Shown here: positions 17,791 to 26,880 of the stretch, piece by piece
Layout of the letters: every line of letters starts with the position of its first letter
How positions within the stretch are numbered: position 1 is the stretch's first letter
IMG/VR virus record: IMGVR_UViG_3300045988_167643
Origin: a virus
Length of the DNA stretch: 64,000 bases
Direction: 5' to 3' (one strand)
Notes under the pieces: model-generated
Told to the model about the DNA's origin: nothing
Database searches by the model: none
Seen by the model: the letters and a program-made list of their open reading frames with translations, nothing else
Translations under genes and position numbers: made by a program

Positions 17791-18908
17791 GTATTTATAT
17801 TCCTAAGAAGATTAAAGTGGGGTATCAGGATCGTAGTGATACTTATACAGGAAAACTTGCGTATGTAATTTATTATGATGAGAAGAATAAATTGCGTAAG
17901 GAGAAGAGTTGGAATGGTTGGAGAGATAATACAATCGATCCAAATGATTTTGATAACGAACCAACCAGAGGTTTTGTATTAAATAAAAAGGTTGGCGACT
18001 ATGGTGGCAGTTGGGGCGAACACCGACATGCATATTGTAGAATTTACGATCCAAGAGGATTTGAGTTTGAGATTACAATTGAAAATTTGCTTTTCATTTT
18101 GGAACATGCGGATTGCTTAAAAGGTAAGGGACTTGACGGAGAATTTGTATATGGTTGGGATGGTAAAGATTTAGTGCTCATTCCTGTGGATTCTCCGGAT
18201 TATAGAGAAATAAAAGCTTATACAGAAAAGATTCAAAATGGGAAGAAATTTAAAGGTAAAGATCTTATTATTGGAGCAACGTATCTGACAAAGAACAATG
18301 GAAAATGGATATATATGGGTAGATTCGATAAATGGGATACTGAAATTAACAGATACCATACTTATTGGCGAGAAAGTGGTGGATATTGGATTGAATCATT
18401 AGATGATACATGGACCATACGAAACGATGATAAACATAGTGCATACAAACAAATAAATAAAGGGGAATATTATTGGTTCTGTACAGGTAAAAATAATGGA
18501 TGGTGTAGATATCAAAATTATACTTTTGAGAGTAGAAAAAGTATTGGAGACATATTGATTGATTGCATTGATGAAAAACCAAATCAAAAGTATTCTGAAA
18601 TGTTTTCTGATCTTGAGAATAATCACTTTAGCTATAACCCAATAGATTATAATTCTATGACATATGCTAATTTATCTTATGAAAAACTTTTGGAAATAAC
18701 AAATTTTGAAAATTTTTATAAAATGGATGCATACGATAAAGATTTAAATTACTTTGAAGCGTATAAAAATCGTGAAACTGGATTGTTTAAATACAATAAA
18801 AAAGACTATTTATTATCAGAATTATATAATTTATTAAAACCAAAATATAGAATATATAAGCATCTGGATGGTAAAGAATTCCATGATTATGCCAAAAATA
18901 TATATTAA
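17787..18908 (+). CDS. hypothetical protein (373 aa)
   Basis: Long ORF with a coupled start (ATGA). No family recognised. Confidence 0.7.
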   Translation: MSIYIPKKIKVGYQDRSDTYTGKLAYVIYYDEKNKLRKEKSWNGWRDNTIDPNDFDNEPTRGFVLNKKVGDYGGSWGEHRHAYCRIYDPRGFEFEITIENLLFILEHADCLKGKGLDGEFVYGWDGKDLVLIPVDSPDYREIKAYTEKIQNGKKFKGKDLIIGATYLTKNNGKWIYMGRFDKWDTEINRYHTYWRESGGYWIESLDDTWTIRNDDKHSAYKQINKGEYYWFCTGKNNGWCRYQNYTFESRKSIGDILIDCIDEKPNQKYSEMFSDLENNHFSYNPIDYNSMTYANLSYEKLLEITNFENFYKMDAYDKDLNYFEAYKNRETGLFKYNKKDYLLSELYNLLKPKYRIYKHLDGKEFHDYAKNIY

Positions 18909-18928
18909 ATAAAAAAGGAGATAAAACT

Positions 18929-19345
18929 ATGGCAAACAAAAATGACGAAACAATCTTATTATTAAAAAAGAAGGTAGAATTACAGAGAGAAGAACTTGCG
19001 AAGCTTCCAAGATCACTGCAGTCTGAAACTTCTACTGTGTTTAGACCTGATACAGAAAATATGAATCTTCGTGTAATGAGTGTTGAACAGCTTAAATTAT
19101 TAAAGGTAAAATTACATACTTATAAGATGGCAGCACTTGATTTAAATATGGATCTTGATGAGTTTACAATTTCTGGATTTACTATTGACAAATGGATGCA
19201 TGATATTGATATGCAGATTTCTGTATTAACTAGAGCAGAAAAAGAGAAGAAATTAAAAGAGACAGAAAACACTTTGAATAAGCTTTTATCTGATGATAAG
19301 CGTACAGAGCTTGAACTTGAAGCTTTGGCAAAAATGCTTATGTAA
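18929..19345 (+). CDS. coiled-coil hypothetical protein
   Basis: ORF track, with AAGGAG RBS. Confidence 0.65.
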   Translation: MANKNDETILLLKKKVELQREELAKLPRSLQSETSTVFRPDTENMNLRVMSVEQLKLLKVKLHTYKMAALDLNMDLDEFTISGFTIDKWMHDIDMQISVLTRAEKEKKLKETENTLNKLLSDDKRTELELEALAKMLM

Positions 19346-19406
19346 AAAAATTTATAGCTTTTGTGCTATATATCATAAAACAATTATATCAATATGAGGT
19401 GAAAAC

Positions 19407-19625
19407 ATGACAAAGAAAAATGCATGGAACAAAGTTTATGAAGAAACAGAAAAAACTTACAAGGTGAAAGGTGAAGATGGTAAATGGACAAAAGTTACTG
19501 AAAATGTGACTGTTCTTGCACAGTCTGGGATGAAACCTGGTAAGAAGGAGATTGCTTTTGGAAGAGCTATCCAGAAAATCAAGACAGAGAAGCCAAAAGC
19601 ATTTGCAGGCGATTGGACAAAATAA
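19407..19625 (+). CDS. small lysine-rich hypothetical protein
   Basis: ORF track, with GAGGTG RBS. Confidence 0.55.
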   Translation: MTKKNAWNKVYEETEKTYKVKGEDGKWTKVTENVTVLAQSGMKPGKKEIAFGRAIQKIKTEKPKAFAGDWTK

Positions 19626-19637
19626 GAGGGGATTAGT

Positions 19638-19811
19638 ATGATTTCGTTCTACATTTTAGTAATTATTGGAGCAATTTTATTATGGATTTTACTTGCAAAT
19701 ATCGGTACATTCAAGTTTATCGGATGGATTTCATCACATTTAAGTAATGGTGTTAAAGATGCAATGGAAGATAAAGAAAATGAAAACAAAGAGGATAAAA
19801 AAGATGAGTAA
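19638..19811 (+). CDS. small membrane protein (57 aa), possible partner of the SPFH protein
   Basis: Read by hand, with GAGGGG RBS. Has a hydrophobic N-terminus (ISFYILVIIGAILLWILLANIG) and an acidic tail. The stop overlaps ATG 19804 of the next gene. Confidence 0.45.
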   Translation: MISFYILVIIGAILLWILLANIGTFKFIGWISSHLSNGVKDAMEDKENENKEDKKDE

Positions 19812-20766
19812 AAAAAGAACTGGTGGAATTATTGCTGGAGCTGTTATTGTTGGTGGACTTGCATTGGGTGGTTTAAACACAGTTAAGATTGACCCTGGTT
19901 ATATTGGGATTATATACGATGCTACTCATGGTGGAGTTAATGGCGAAACTATGAAAGAGGGATGGAACTTTAAAACGCCTACACAGAAAGTAACGGAATA
20001 TTCAATCGCCCTCGAGCAGTCTTATCTTACTAAAGATGATAAGGGGGATTCTGATAAAGACGAAAGCTTTAATATTCCAACATCTGATGGAAAATCAATC
20101 AATGTAGATGTGGAATTCTCATATCGTTTTGATGAGGATAGAATTACAGAAATTTTCAAAACATTTAAAGGTAAGAGTGGTGAAAGTATTAAAAATACAT
20201 TCATTAAACCTAAGATTATTGCGTGGTCTCAGGAAGTATCTGCAAAATATCCTGTAACTGATGTATTTGGTGATAAAAGGCAGGAGCTTAATCAGGCACT
20301 TGATGATTATCTCAAAGCAAAATTCGACAAATACGGAATTATTATTGATACTGTAAACTTTACAAGAATTGAAACAGATGAAGAGACTACAGCTGCAATT
20401 CAGAAAAAGGTAACAGCACAGCAGGATCAGGAGCTTGCAACAATTGAAGCTAAGACTGCGAAGATTAATGCTGAAAAAGAGAAAGAAGTTGCTCTTATCA
20501 CAGCAGAGCAGAATAAAGAAACCGCACAGATTAATGCTGAACAGGCAAAAATCAAAGCAGAAGGTCAGGCAGAAGCTACTAAGATTGCTGCAGAAGCCGA
20601 AGCAGAAGCAAACAAGAAGATTGCAGAGAGCTTAACTCCAGAACTTATTGAGAAAATTAAGATGGAGCGTTGGAATGGCGAACTTCCAATGGTTAGTGGA
20701 TCTTCCGGAACAATTATTAATATGACAGACGATGCCAATGAAACAACTGTCGAAGAAGAGAAATAA
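19804..20766 (+). CDS. SPFH/band-7 (prohibitin/flotillin-like) membrane protein
   Basis: N-terminal TM (GGIIAGAVIVGGLALGG), then GYIGIIYD...EGWNFKTP typical of SPFH, then an Ala/Glu-rich coiled coil. The internal ATG 19804 is preferred over the track start. Confidence 0.75.
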   Translation: MSKKRTGGIIAGAVIVGGLALGGLNTVKIDPGYIGIIYDATHGGVNGETMKEGWNFKTPTQKVTEYSIALEQSYLTKDDKGDSDKDESFNIPTSDGKSINVDVEFSYRFDEDRITEIFKTFKGKSGESIKNTFIKPKIIAWSQEVSAKYPVTDVFGDKRQELNQALDDYLKAKFDKYGIIIDTVNFTRIETDEETTAAIQKKVTAQQDQELATIEAKTAKINAEKEKEVALITAEQNKETAQINAEQAKIKAEGQAEATKIAAEAEAEANKKIAESLTPELIEKIKMERWNGELPMVSGSSGTIINMTDDANETTVEEEK

Positions 20767-20767
20767 T

Positions 20768-20923
20768 ATGGATAAAAGAGAATTACATAATAATATTATT
20801 TACGCTTTAACCGAGGCTGATAGTGTAAATGAGTCTATTAATATCTTATGCGAATGTGGTATTTACATTGATAAAGCCGAATCGTTTAAAGATGTTTTAG
20901 AGAAAATTTATGAAGTTTGGTAA
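20768..20923 (+). CDS. hypothetical protein (51 aa)
   Basis: ATG 20768 lies 2 nt after the upstream stop, in the frame of track ORF 20732..20923. Confidence 0.4.
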   Translation: MDKRELHNNIIYALTEADSVNESINILCECGIYIDKAESFKDVLEKIYEVW

Positions 20924-20975
20924 TAAATAACAATCTGGTCTGCCTTAACCGGTGGACCAGAGAAATGGAGAAGAT

Positions 20976-21227
20976 ATGATAATAATTAAAACATTTATTA
21001 TGTTGATTTTATGTGTAGTATTTCCGATTTGCTTATTTACATGGATATTGGCAATGATCTGGATGTTTACACCATTTGATCCATTAAAAAGATTATGTCA
21101 TGACATTCTAGGTTGGCATAAGCCAAGTGGAGTATATCATCATTTTTCAAAAGGTGTTCGGAAGAAATGTAAAATTTGCGGATGCGATATTGTATCTGAT
21201 GGAGCCGGTGGTTGGAGAAAATGGTAA
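20976..21227 (+). CDS. membrane protein with C-terminal CKICGC motif
   Basis: GGAG lies 6 nt upstream of ATG 20976. TM helices precede a Cys cluster. Confidence 0.55.
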   Translation: MIIIKTFIMLILCVVFPICLFTWILAMIWMFTPFDPLKRLCHDILGWHKPSGVYHHFSKGVRKKCKICGCDIVSDGAGGWRKW

Positions 21228-21231
21228 AAGG

Positions 21232-21492
21232 ATGGATCTTATGAGTAAAAATAATAAGGATTACGAGGTTTTATACGCATTAAGAGATAAAAAAACTAAA
21301 AAAATTGTCAGAGCAACAAAATGCAAGGGCGGATCATTTTATAAAAACCGATATATGTGCGAAAAACGTTGCACTCAGTTTAATGATGTACATAAATTAG
21401 CAAATTGTACAAATGATTTTGAATATGAAGTCGGTGAATATGCAGTTGTAGATATTGAAAAATATAAAGAATTAATTGGAGAAAAGCAGTGA
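21232..21492 (+). CDS. hypothetical protein (86 aa)
   Basis: The internal ATG 21232 just after the previous stop is preferred. The track start overlaps the previous gene in another frame. Confidence 0.5.
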   Translation: MDLMSKNNKDYEVLYALRDKKTKKIVRATKCKGGSFYKNRYMCEKRCTQFNDVHKLANCTNDFEYEVGEYAVVDIEKYKELIGEKQ

Positions 21493-22247
21493 TTTATATA
21501 ACAGGTGACACGCATGGTGATGTAACAAGACTAAGTATGGATAATTTTCCAGAGCAGAAAACGTTTACCGATCAAAATGAAAATTATGTAATTATTTGTG
21601 GTGACTTCGGATTGGTTTGGAATTATCTAACTGAAACACATTCAGAAAAGTATTGGCTTAACTGGCTTGAGAATAAAAAGTTTACAACTCTTTTTGTTGA
21701 TGGTAATCACGATTGTCATCCTAGACTTGCAGACTATCCTGTAAAAGAATGGAATAGTGGACTGGTCCATGAGATTAGACCACATGTATTGCATCTGATG
21801 AGAGGACAAGTTTTTAATATTGATGGCTGCACAATATTTACTTTTGGTGGTGCAAGATCCCATGATATTGAGAATTTGCTTGATTTAGATGATCCAGACT
21901 TTACAGAGAAACAAAAACAACTTAGAAAAGATAATTTATTTTATAGAGTAAAAGGCATCTCATGGTGGGAAGAAGAAATGCCAACTCAAGAAGAGATGCA
22001 AATTGGATTAGATAATTTAGAAAATAACAACTGGAAAGTTGATTATATAATTACACATGACTGTACTTCAAGTACAAAAGCTTTGTATAGTCATGGGTCT
22101 TTTAAGACAGATGAACTAAATGCATATTTAGAAGAAATTAAATATAAGTGTGAATTTAAGAAATGGTTCTTCGGACACTTACATGATGATAAGCAGATAA
22201 ATGATAAAGAAATTTTACTATATCACCAGATTGTGAGGATTTGGTAA
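21489..22247 (+). CDS. metallophosphoesterase (Ser/Thr phosphatase-like)
   Basis: Carries the motifs GDTHGD, CGDFG, DGNHD and GHLH. GTG start coupled to the upstream stop. Confidence 0.8.
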   Translation: MIYITGDTHGDVTRLSMDNFPEQKTFTDQNENYVIICGDFGLVWNYLTETHSEKYWLNWLENKKFTTLFVDGNHDCHPRLADYPVKEWNSGLVHEIRPHVLHLMRGQVFNIDGCTIFTFGGARSHDIENLLDLDDPDFTEKQKQLRKDNLFYRVKGISWWEEEMPTQEEMQIGLDNLENNNWKVDYIITHDCTSSTKALYSHGSFKTDELNAYLEEIKYKCEFKKWFFGHLHDDKQINDKEILLYHQIVRIW

Positions 22248-23023
22248 TGGGATATTGGAATAGGAAAACTGAATTAAAGAAAAAGGCGAATGTTCATACA
22301 AATAAAATGGAAGAGCTATATAGCTTGGAAATTACAGAATGTGTAAACAATACAAAAGTATATGACCAAGAGTTCTATTGTAAAAAAGAATGCGATAGTA
22401 AGCCGGATTTTCATCAGAAAATCACTGTAGAAGATATGGATAGTGTACAGGCAATATTTTCTTATGAAAACACAGGTAAAACAGCAGTTCTTAATTTTGC
22501 AAGCTATAAAAATCCAGGTGGCAAATTTTTAGATGGATCTTCTGCACAGGAAGAAATGCTTTGCCACAGTTCCTTCCTATATAATGTGTTATCTGAATTT
22601 GATGAAGATTATTATGAATTCAATAGAATGACTAAGAACTTCGCATTATATACAAATCGTGCATTATATAGTCATGATGTTTTATTCATAAGAGGCGATG
22701 AAGAGATTTGTGTAGATGTTATTACTTGTGCAGCACCAAACAAAACTGCAGCTCAGAAATATTGTGGTAAATCTGATTTTGATTGTAATTCTGCAATGGT
22801 TGATCGTATACATTTTATGCTTGATATTGCACAAGAAGAGGAAGTTAATACATTAATTCTTGGCGCATGGGGATGTGGTGTATTTGGTAATGATGCAGAA
22901 TTTGTTGCGAATAGTTTCAAAAAAGAATTAGAAGAATATTATACCGATACTTTTGAGAATATTATATTTGCGATTCCTGGCGGTACGAACTATATGGTAT
23001 TCAAGAGGGTGTTTGGTAAATAA
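22247..23023 (+). CDS. bacterial-type PARG-like macrodomain protein (TIGR02452/DUF2263-like)
   Basis: LNFASYKNPGGKFLDGSSAQEEMLCHSS, ITCAAPN and LILGAWGCGVFGND match the signatures I recall for this family. TAATG coupling. Confidence 0.75.
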   Translation: MGYWNRKTELKKKANVHTNKMEELYSLEITECVNNTKVYDQEFYCKKECDSKPDFHQKITVEDMDSVQAIFSYENTGKTAVLNFASYKNPGGKFLDGSSAQEEMLCHSSFLYNVLSEFDEDYYEFNRMTKNFALYTNRALYSHDVLFIRGDEEICVDVITCAAPNKTAAQKYCGKSDFDCNSAMVDRIHFMLDIAQEEEVNTLILGAWGCGVFGNDAEFVANSFKKELEEYYTDTFENIIFAIPGGTNYMVFKRVFGK

Positions 23024-23041
23024 ATAGATTGGAGATATTAA

Positions 23042-24274
23042 ATGTTAAATTATACACGATATTTTAATGCCGGTGCTTTGCTACATAATTTCCAAGATGC
23101 AGCAAATTTAACAAAACAGCTTGGAATTAAAAATGCCATTGAATACAACGTGAATGATTTTTTATTTACGATTGGAAAAAATTATTTTGTTGATAAGATT
23201 AATAGGCTTCAAGACAAATTAATTGTTGGATTTTTTACATCATATTCTGATGATATTAAAAATATTTGCTGGTATTTAAATAAACTCGATCCAAAACTAT
23301 ACAAAAAATATATTGGTGATATAGAGGAATATAAACAGTGCTTTGTGAGAAACGATAGAGTTTATTATATGCTTCCATATGAACGAAAATTTGTATTTAC
23401 TTGCAAAGATAAAACTAAAGTGGTTGCCAAATTAAGTAAGGGTAGTTTTTTAGATTATGCAAATATTTATTTTATCGGTCCTCATAGAAAAGAACATGCA
23501 GATTTTTTTAGAAAATTTTGCGATAAATATAATAGTAAATATATGACAATAGATACTCTGCAAATTGATAAAACAGATAAGATGACAAATGAACTTGACG
23601 ATGAAATTGATGGTATTTCAGAAAACGCAATTATATTCCCAGAAAAAAATGAAATATTTAGCTATTTGGACGCATGGTTGAATTCTGAAACGTATTTTAC
23701 ATCATGTGGAATTAATCACAAAATTGGCATCCTTCTTTATGGTGAACCTGGTACTGGTAAAACCACTTTTGCCAAGGTCTTGGCAACAAAGTACGACTTA
23801 ACTCTTGTTAAGTTCACATTGAATGATTTATCAAAATTAATTTCAAAGAATGAATTTTGGAAAAAATTAGAAGATTCTGTTGTAGTGTTAGAAGATATCG
23901 ATGTTCTGGTAAGCAAACGTGATAATAGTGTTACCTCTGCAGACAAAGAAAATTTTCAAGCATTATTGCAACTCTTAGATGGAATTAACTCATGTAAGAA
24001 AACAATATTTTTAGCAACAACAAATTATATTGATAGACTAGATCCTGCTCTTATTCGAGATGGACGATTTGACATTAAGATTGAAATGAAAAATTTTGAT
24101 CACGATGAAGCGGTAAAAATGTGTAATAAATTTGAAGCAGATTCGGAAGTAATTCTTAGAGATGAACAGTTTCCAATTAATCCTGCTTACTTGCAGAACA
24201 AAATCATTACGCTGCAGATGAAAGAGATTAATGAAAAACTAAAACAAAAAGCTCAAAGAATTGGAAATAAATAA
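23042..24274 (+). CDS. AAA+ ATPase with long N-terminal domain
   Basis: Walker A GEPGTGKT, Walker B VVVLEDID, and sensor/arginine-finger region ATTNYIDRLDPALIRDGRFD. Confidence 0.85.
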   Translation: MLNYTRYFNAGALLHNFQDAANLTKQLGIKNAIEYNVNDFLFTIGKNYFVDKINRLQDKLIVGFFTSYSDDIKNICWYLNKLDPKLYKKYIGDIEEYKQCFVRNDRVYYMLPYERKFVFTCKDKTKVVAKLSKGSFLDYANIYFIGPHRKEHADFFRKFCDKYNSKYMTIDTLQIDKTDKMTNELDDEIDGISENAIIFPEKNEIFSYLDAWLNSETYFTSCGINHKIGILLYGEPGTGKTTFAKVLATKYDLTLVKFTLNDLSKLISKNEFWKKLEDSVVVLEDIDVLVSKRDNSVTSADKENFQALLQLLDGINSCKKTIFLATTNYIDRLDPALIRDGRFDIKIEMKNFDHDEAVKMCNKFEADSEVILRDEQFPINPAYLQNKIITLQMKEINEKLKQKAQRIGNK

Positions 24275-24289
24275 TAGAGGTGATAATAA

Positions 24290-24811
24290 ATGATAAAAGT
24301 TACATCTGATGCAGCCAATAAACTGATTAAGAAGTTAGAGCAAGAAAAAGGTATTCTCACAGATAAGATTTCTAAAATGTCAACATTCATTGTGGCAATA
24401 ACTGAGAATTACGACCAGATCAAAGCAGAGCAGGAAGCAGAATTCAATCTGAATGAGACTATCTCACAGATTGATGAGATTGATAAGAAAATTATTACAA
24501 TCAGACATGCAAAATCTGTGTTTAATAACTCAGTAGTTATGAAGAATGGATTGACTGTCGGTGACAACATTATTAGATTAGCTATACTCGAAAGAGAGAA
24601 GAGTATTTATAGCAAACTTGCTACCAGACAGAAAAAGATAAGAAACACTTCAATAAACAAAGATATTGAATACACTTATTTGAATTATGATCTTGAGGAC
24701 GCAAAGAAAAAATATGACAGTGTGTATACCGAAATTTCAGAAATTCAGGAAGAACTTAATATTGTAAACAGTTCAGCAGAGTACAAATTTGAGATTGATA
24801 TTGACCTCTAA
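24290..24811 (+). CDS. coiled-coil hypothetical protein
   Basis: ORF track, with GAGGTG RBS. Confidence 0.65.
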   Translation: MIKVTSDAANKLIKKLEQEKGILTDKISKMSTFIVAITENYDQIKAEQEAEFNLNETISQIDEIDKKIITIRHAKSVFNNSVVMKNGLTVGDNIIRLAILEREKSIYSKLATRQKKIRNTSINKDIEYTYLNYDLEDAKKKYDSVYTEISEIQEELNIVNSSAEYKFEIDIDL

Positions 24812-25363
24812 TGGGAAGTAGTTAATGTAATCAATCTTCCGTATTACAGTTACTTTTACATATAGATTATTTATATAAAAGTAAATATACATTTAATACA
24901 AGTATGGTAGGTTATTGATTGAGTTTATAGATAGAGTTAAAGTTCAGTAAGGTATTTATTCAATAGTAATGCAGCAAGGTTAATTGATAGGTCTGCATAT
25001 TTAATTCTTAAATCCAGATTATAAAGGCTCAAATTAATTAGTAACTGTAATTAAAAACTTTTCGGTATCAAGTTCGGTTAGAGATACTTTTTAAGAATAG
25101 ATGAAGAAACAATTGAGAAGTAAATAATAGAGAGTCCAGATAAGAATGACGATAAACTTAACTTACGACCCTCATATAAATGAGGCGAAGCCTAACTTGG
25201 AAAATAGAGAGTACATACAAGTGATTGGTATGGAACAAGGGCGATACTGCCAGGTAACTGTAGCAGCAGTTCATAAGAGAACGGTTCAGAAAGTAGCGAA
25301 TCTGAGTGAATAAAAATTTGTCTGACGAAGACATATATGGCGGTGTAGCAACCGTCAATATAA

Positions 25364-25435
25364 AGCATCTTAGTGTAATGGTTATCACGGATGACCTTGG
25401 ATCATCAGATGTTGGTTCGATTCCAACAGGTGCCG
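25364..25435 (+). tRNA. near-canonical tRNA, anticodon UUG (Gln) if read conventionally, but with C33 and an A1.C72 mismatch
   Basis: Hand fold: AGCATCT-TA-GTGTAATGGTTATCAC-G-GATGA-CCTTGGA-TCATC-AGAT-GTTGG-TTCGATT-CCAAC-AGGTGCC-G. Confidence 0.5.
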
Positions 25436-25506
25436 TTAACTCAGAAATGAGTATTTCAAAGTTAAAAATTTAAAGAATAAAATTCAATTTAAAGGAGAAG
25501 AAAATT

Positions 25507-26157
25507 ATGACAAAAGAAACTATGACAGTACATAAAGCGTTAGCAGAAATTAAAATCCTTAAAGACAGAATCCAGAGTGAGATTTACAATTCAATTTTTG
25601 TATCTTGCAAAAAAAATTCTCAGTCAAAAATTTCTGGAATGGATGTTGATGAATATGAGAAGATTATTACAGGATGTTACGACAAAGATGTAGATCTTAT
25701 GAGTAGACTTGAAGCTCTGCAGAGAGCAGTAATGCTTTCAAATGCAGTAACAAAAGTTAAGATTAAAATTGGAGAAAATGAAGAAGAACGTACTGTAGCA
25801 GAAGCAATCAACATGAAAAATAACAGTATGATGTTCAAGAGACAGATGCTTGACAGAATGCAGCAACAGCTTTCTCAGGCACAGGCAAAAACAAACAAAG
25901 AGAATGAGATTCTTGAAAGTAAGTCAGAAAATTATGTAACTGGTCTTTTTGGACAGAAAGAGGGTAAAACTTCTACCGATGAAGTTACAAAAGCCAAACA
26001 GCAGTACATTGATCTTAACACATGGGAGTTGATTGATCCGATAAATGTGCAAAATAAAATCCGTGTTTTATCTGACGAAATTTCATCATTTGAAGCAGAA
26101 GTAGACTCTGTTTTAAGCACAAGTAACGCATTAACAACAGTTACAATTGAGTATTAA
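25507..26157 (+). CDS. coiled-coil hypothetical protein, the only clear CDS inside the RNA island
   Basis: ORF track, with AAAGGAG RBS. Confidence 0.7.
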   Translation: MTKETMTVHKALAEIKILKDRIQSEIYNSIFVSCKKNSQSKISGMDVDEYEKIITGCYDKDVDLMSRLEALQRAVMLSNAVTKVKIKIGENEEERTVAEAINMKNNSMMFKRQMLDRMQQQLSQAQAKTNKENEILESKSENYVTGLFGQKEGKTSTDEVTKAKQQYIDLNTWELIDPINVQNKIRVLSDEISSFEAEVDSVLSTSNALTTVTIEY

Positions 26158-26435
26158 AGAATGGTTAGTGAATTATTTGCTGAAAATTGTATAAACGATT
26201 TTTGACCAATATGATAGCTAAATAGCCATTGCTATACGAACAGTTGTATAAAAGATTTCCTTCATTGCTTATCGAAAATCACTGAACTATAATCCTTTAG
26301 TCTTTCAGTCAGCATAGAGTAAAGTAAAAAATTAAACAAGCTGGCCTTAAAAATTAAATGGTTTAGACTCATACTCTAAATAATTTTACTAAGTTAGATA
26401 AAATTGTGCAGAAGTGCATTATTACTAATGCATGT

Positions 26436-26554
26436 AAAGTTTAAAGATAGAAAGTTCAAACCTTAAAGTTCAAAATTCAAAGCTTATTTTTGATATAAAG
26501 TTCACGTAGTAAAGTTGATAAGTTCCAAAGTTTGATAAAAACCTTGAGAAAGTT
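26436..26554. repeat. iteron-like array, 7 direct copies of AAAGTT(C/T/G)
   Basis: AAAGTT occurs at 26436, 26451, 26465, 26497, 26511, 26527 and 26549. A TGCATTA/TAATGCA palindrome lies just upstream. Confidence 0.7.
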
Positions 26555-26683
26555 TTGGTAGCATGATTATATCGGCTCTGTGGTTTGTACAAGGCTGATA
26601 AGTGGTGAAGTTCATCTTATAAATAAATCAATGCGGTTATTAAAACCTTGTTTCTTAGTTCTAACAAAGCCGCAGTTGGAACG

Positions 26684-26752
26684 TCCTGGATAGTTAAATG
26701 GTTATAACACATGAAACCCATGTATTTGCCGGTTCGAATCCGCATTCAGGAT
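26684..26752 (+). ncRNA. aberrant tRNA-like element (5-nt anticodon-like loop, weak T stem)
   Basis: Acceptor TCCTGGA/TTCAGGA, D arm GTTA-AATGGTTA-TAAC, ACATG-AAACC-CATGT, and T loop TTCGAAT with only 3 clean stem pairs. Confidence 0.4.
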
Positions 26753-26813
26753 TTGGGTTAGTTACCCAAAAAAGATTTCTTATTTCTTATACCTCCTAAA
26801 GTGTTGATGAGGT

Positions 26814-26880
26814 GGGGCATGACTTCGATGGCGAAGAGACTTTAAATAGTCTGTACTGGGTTCGACTCCCAGATGTCCTA
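26814..26880 (+). ncRNA. aberrant tRNA-like element (67 nt, 6-nt loop TTAAAT)
   Basis: Acceptor GGGGCAT/ATGTCCT with G.U pairs, D arm CTTC-GATGGC-GAAG, AGACT-TTAAAT-AGTCT, and a perfect T arm CTGGG-TTCGACT-CCCAG. Confidence 0.4.

Noticed and set aside
26814-26880. Stop-codon reassignment via a suppressor tRNA
   Set aside because: The TTAAAT loop is not a standard 7-nt anticodon loop. Every conserved gene I translated reads through with the standard code and no in-frame TAA, TAG or TGA.
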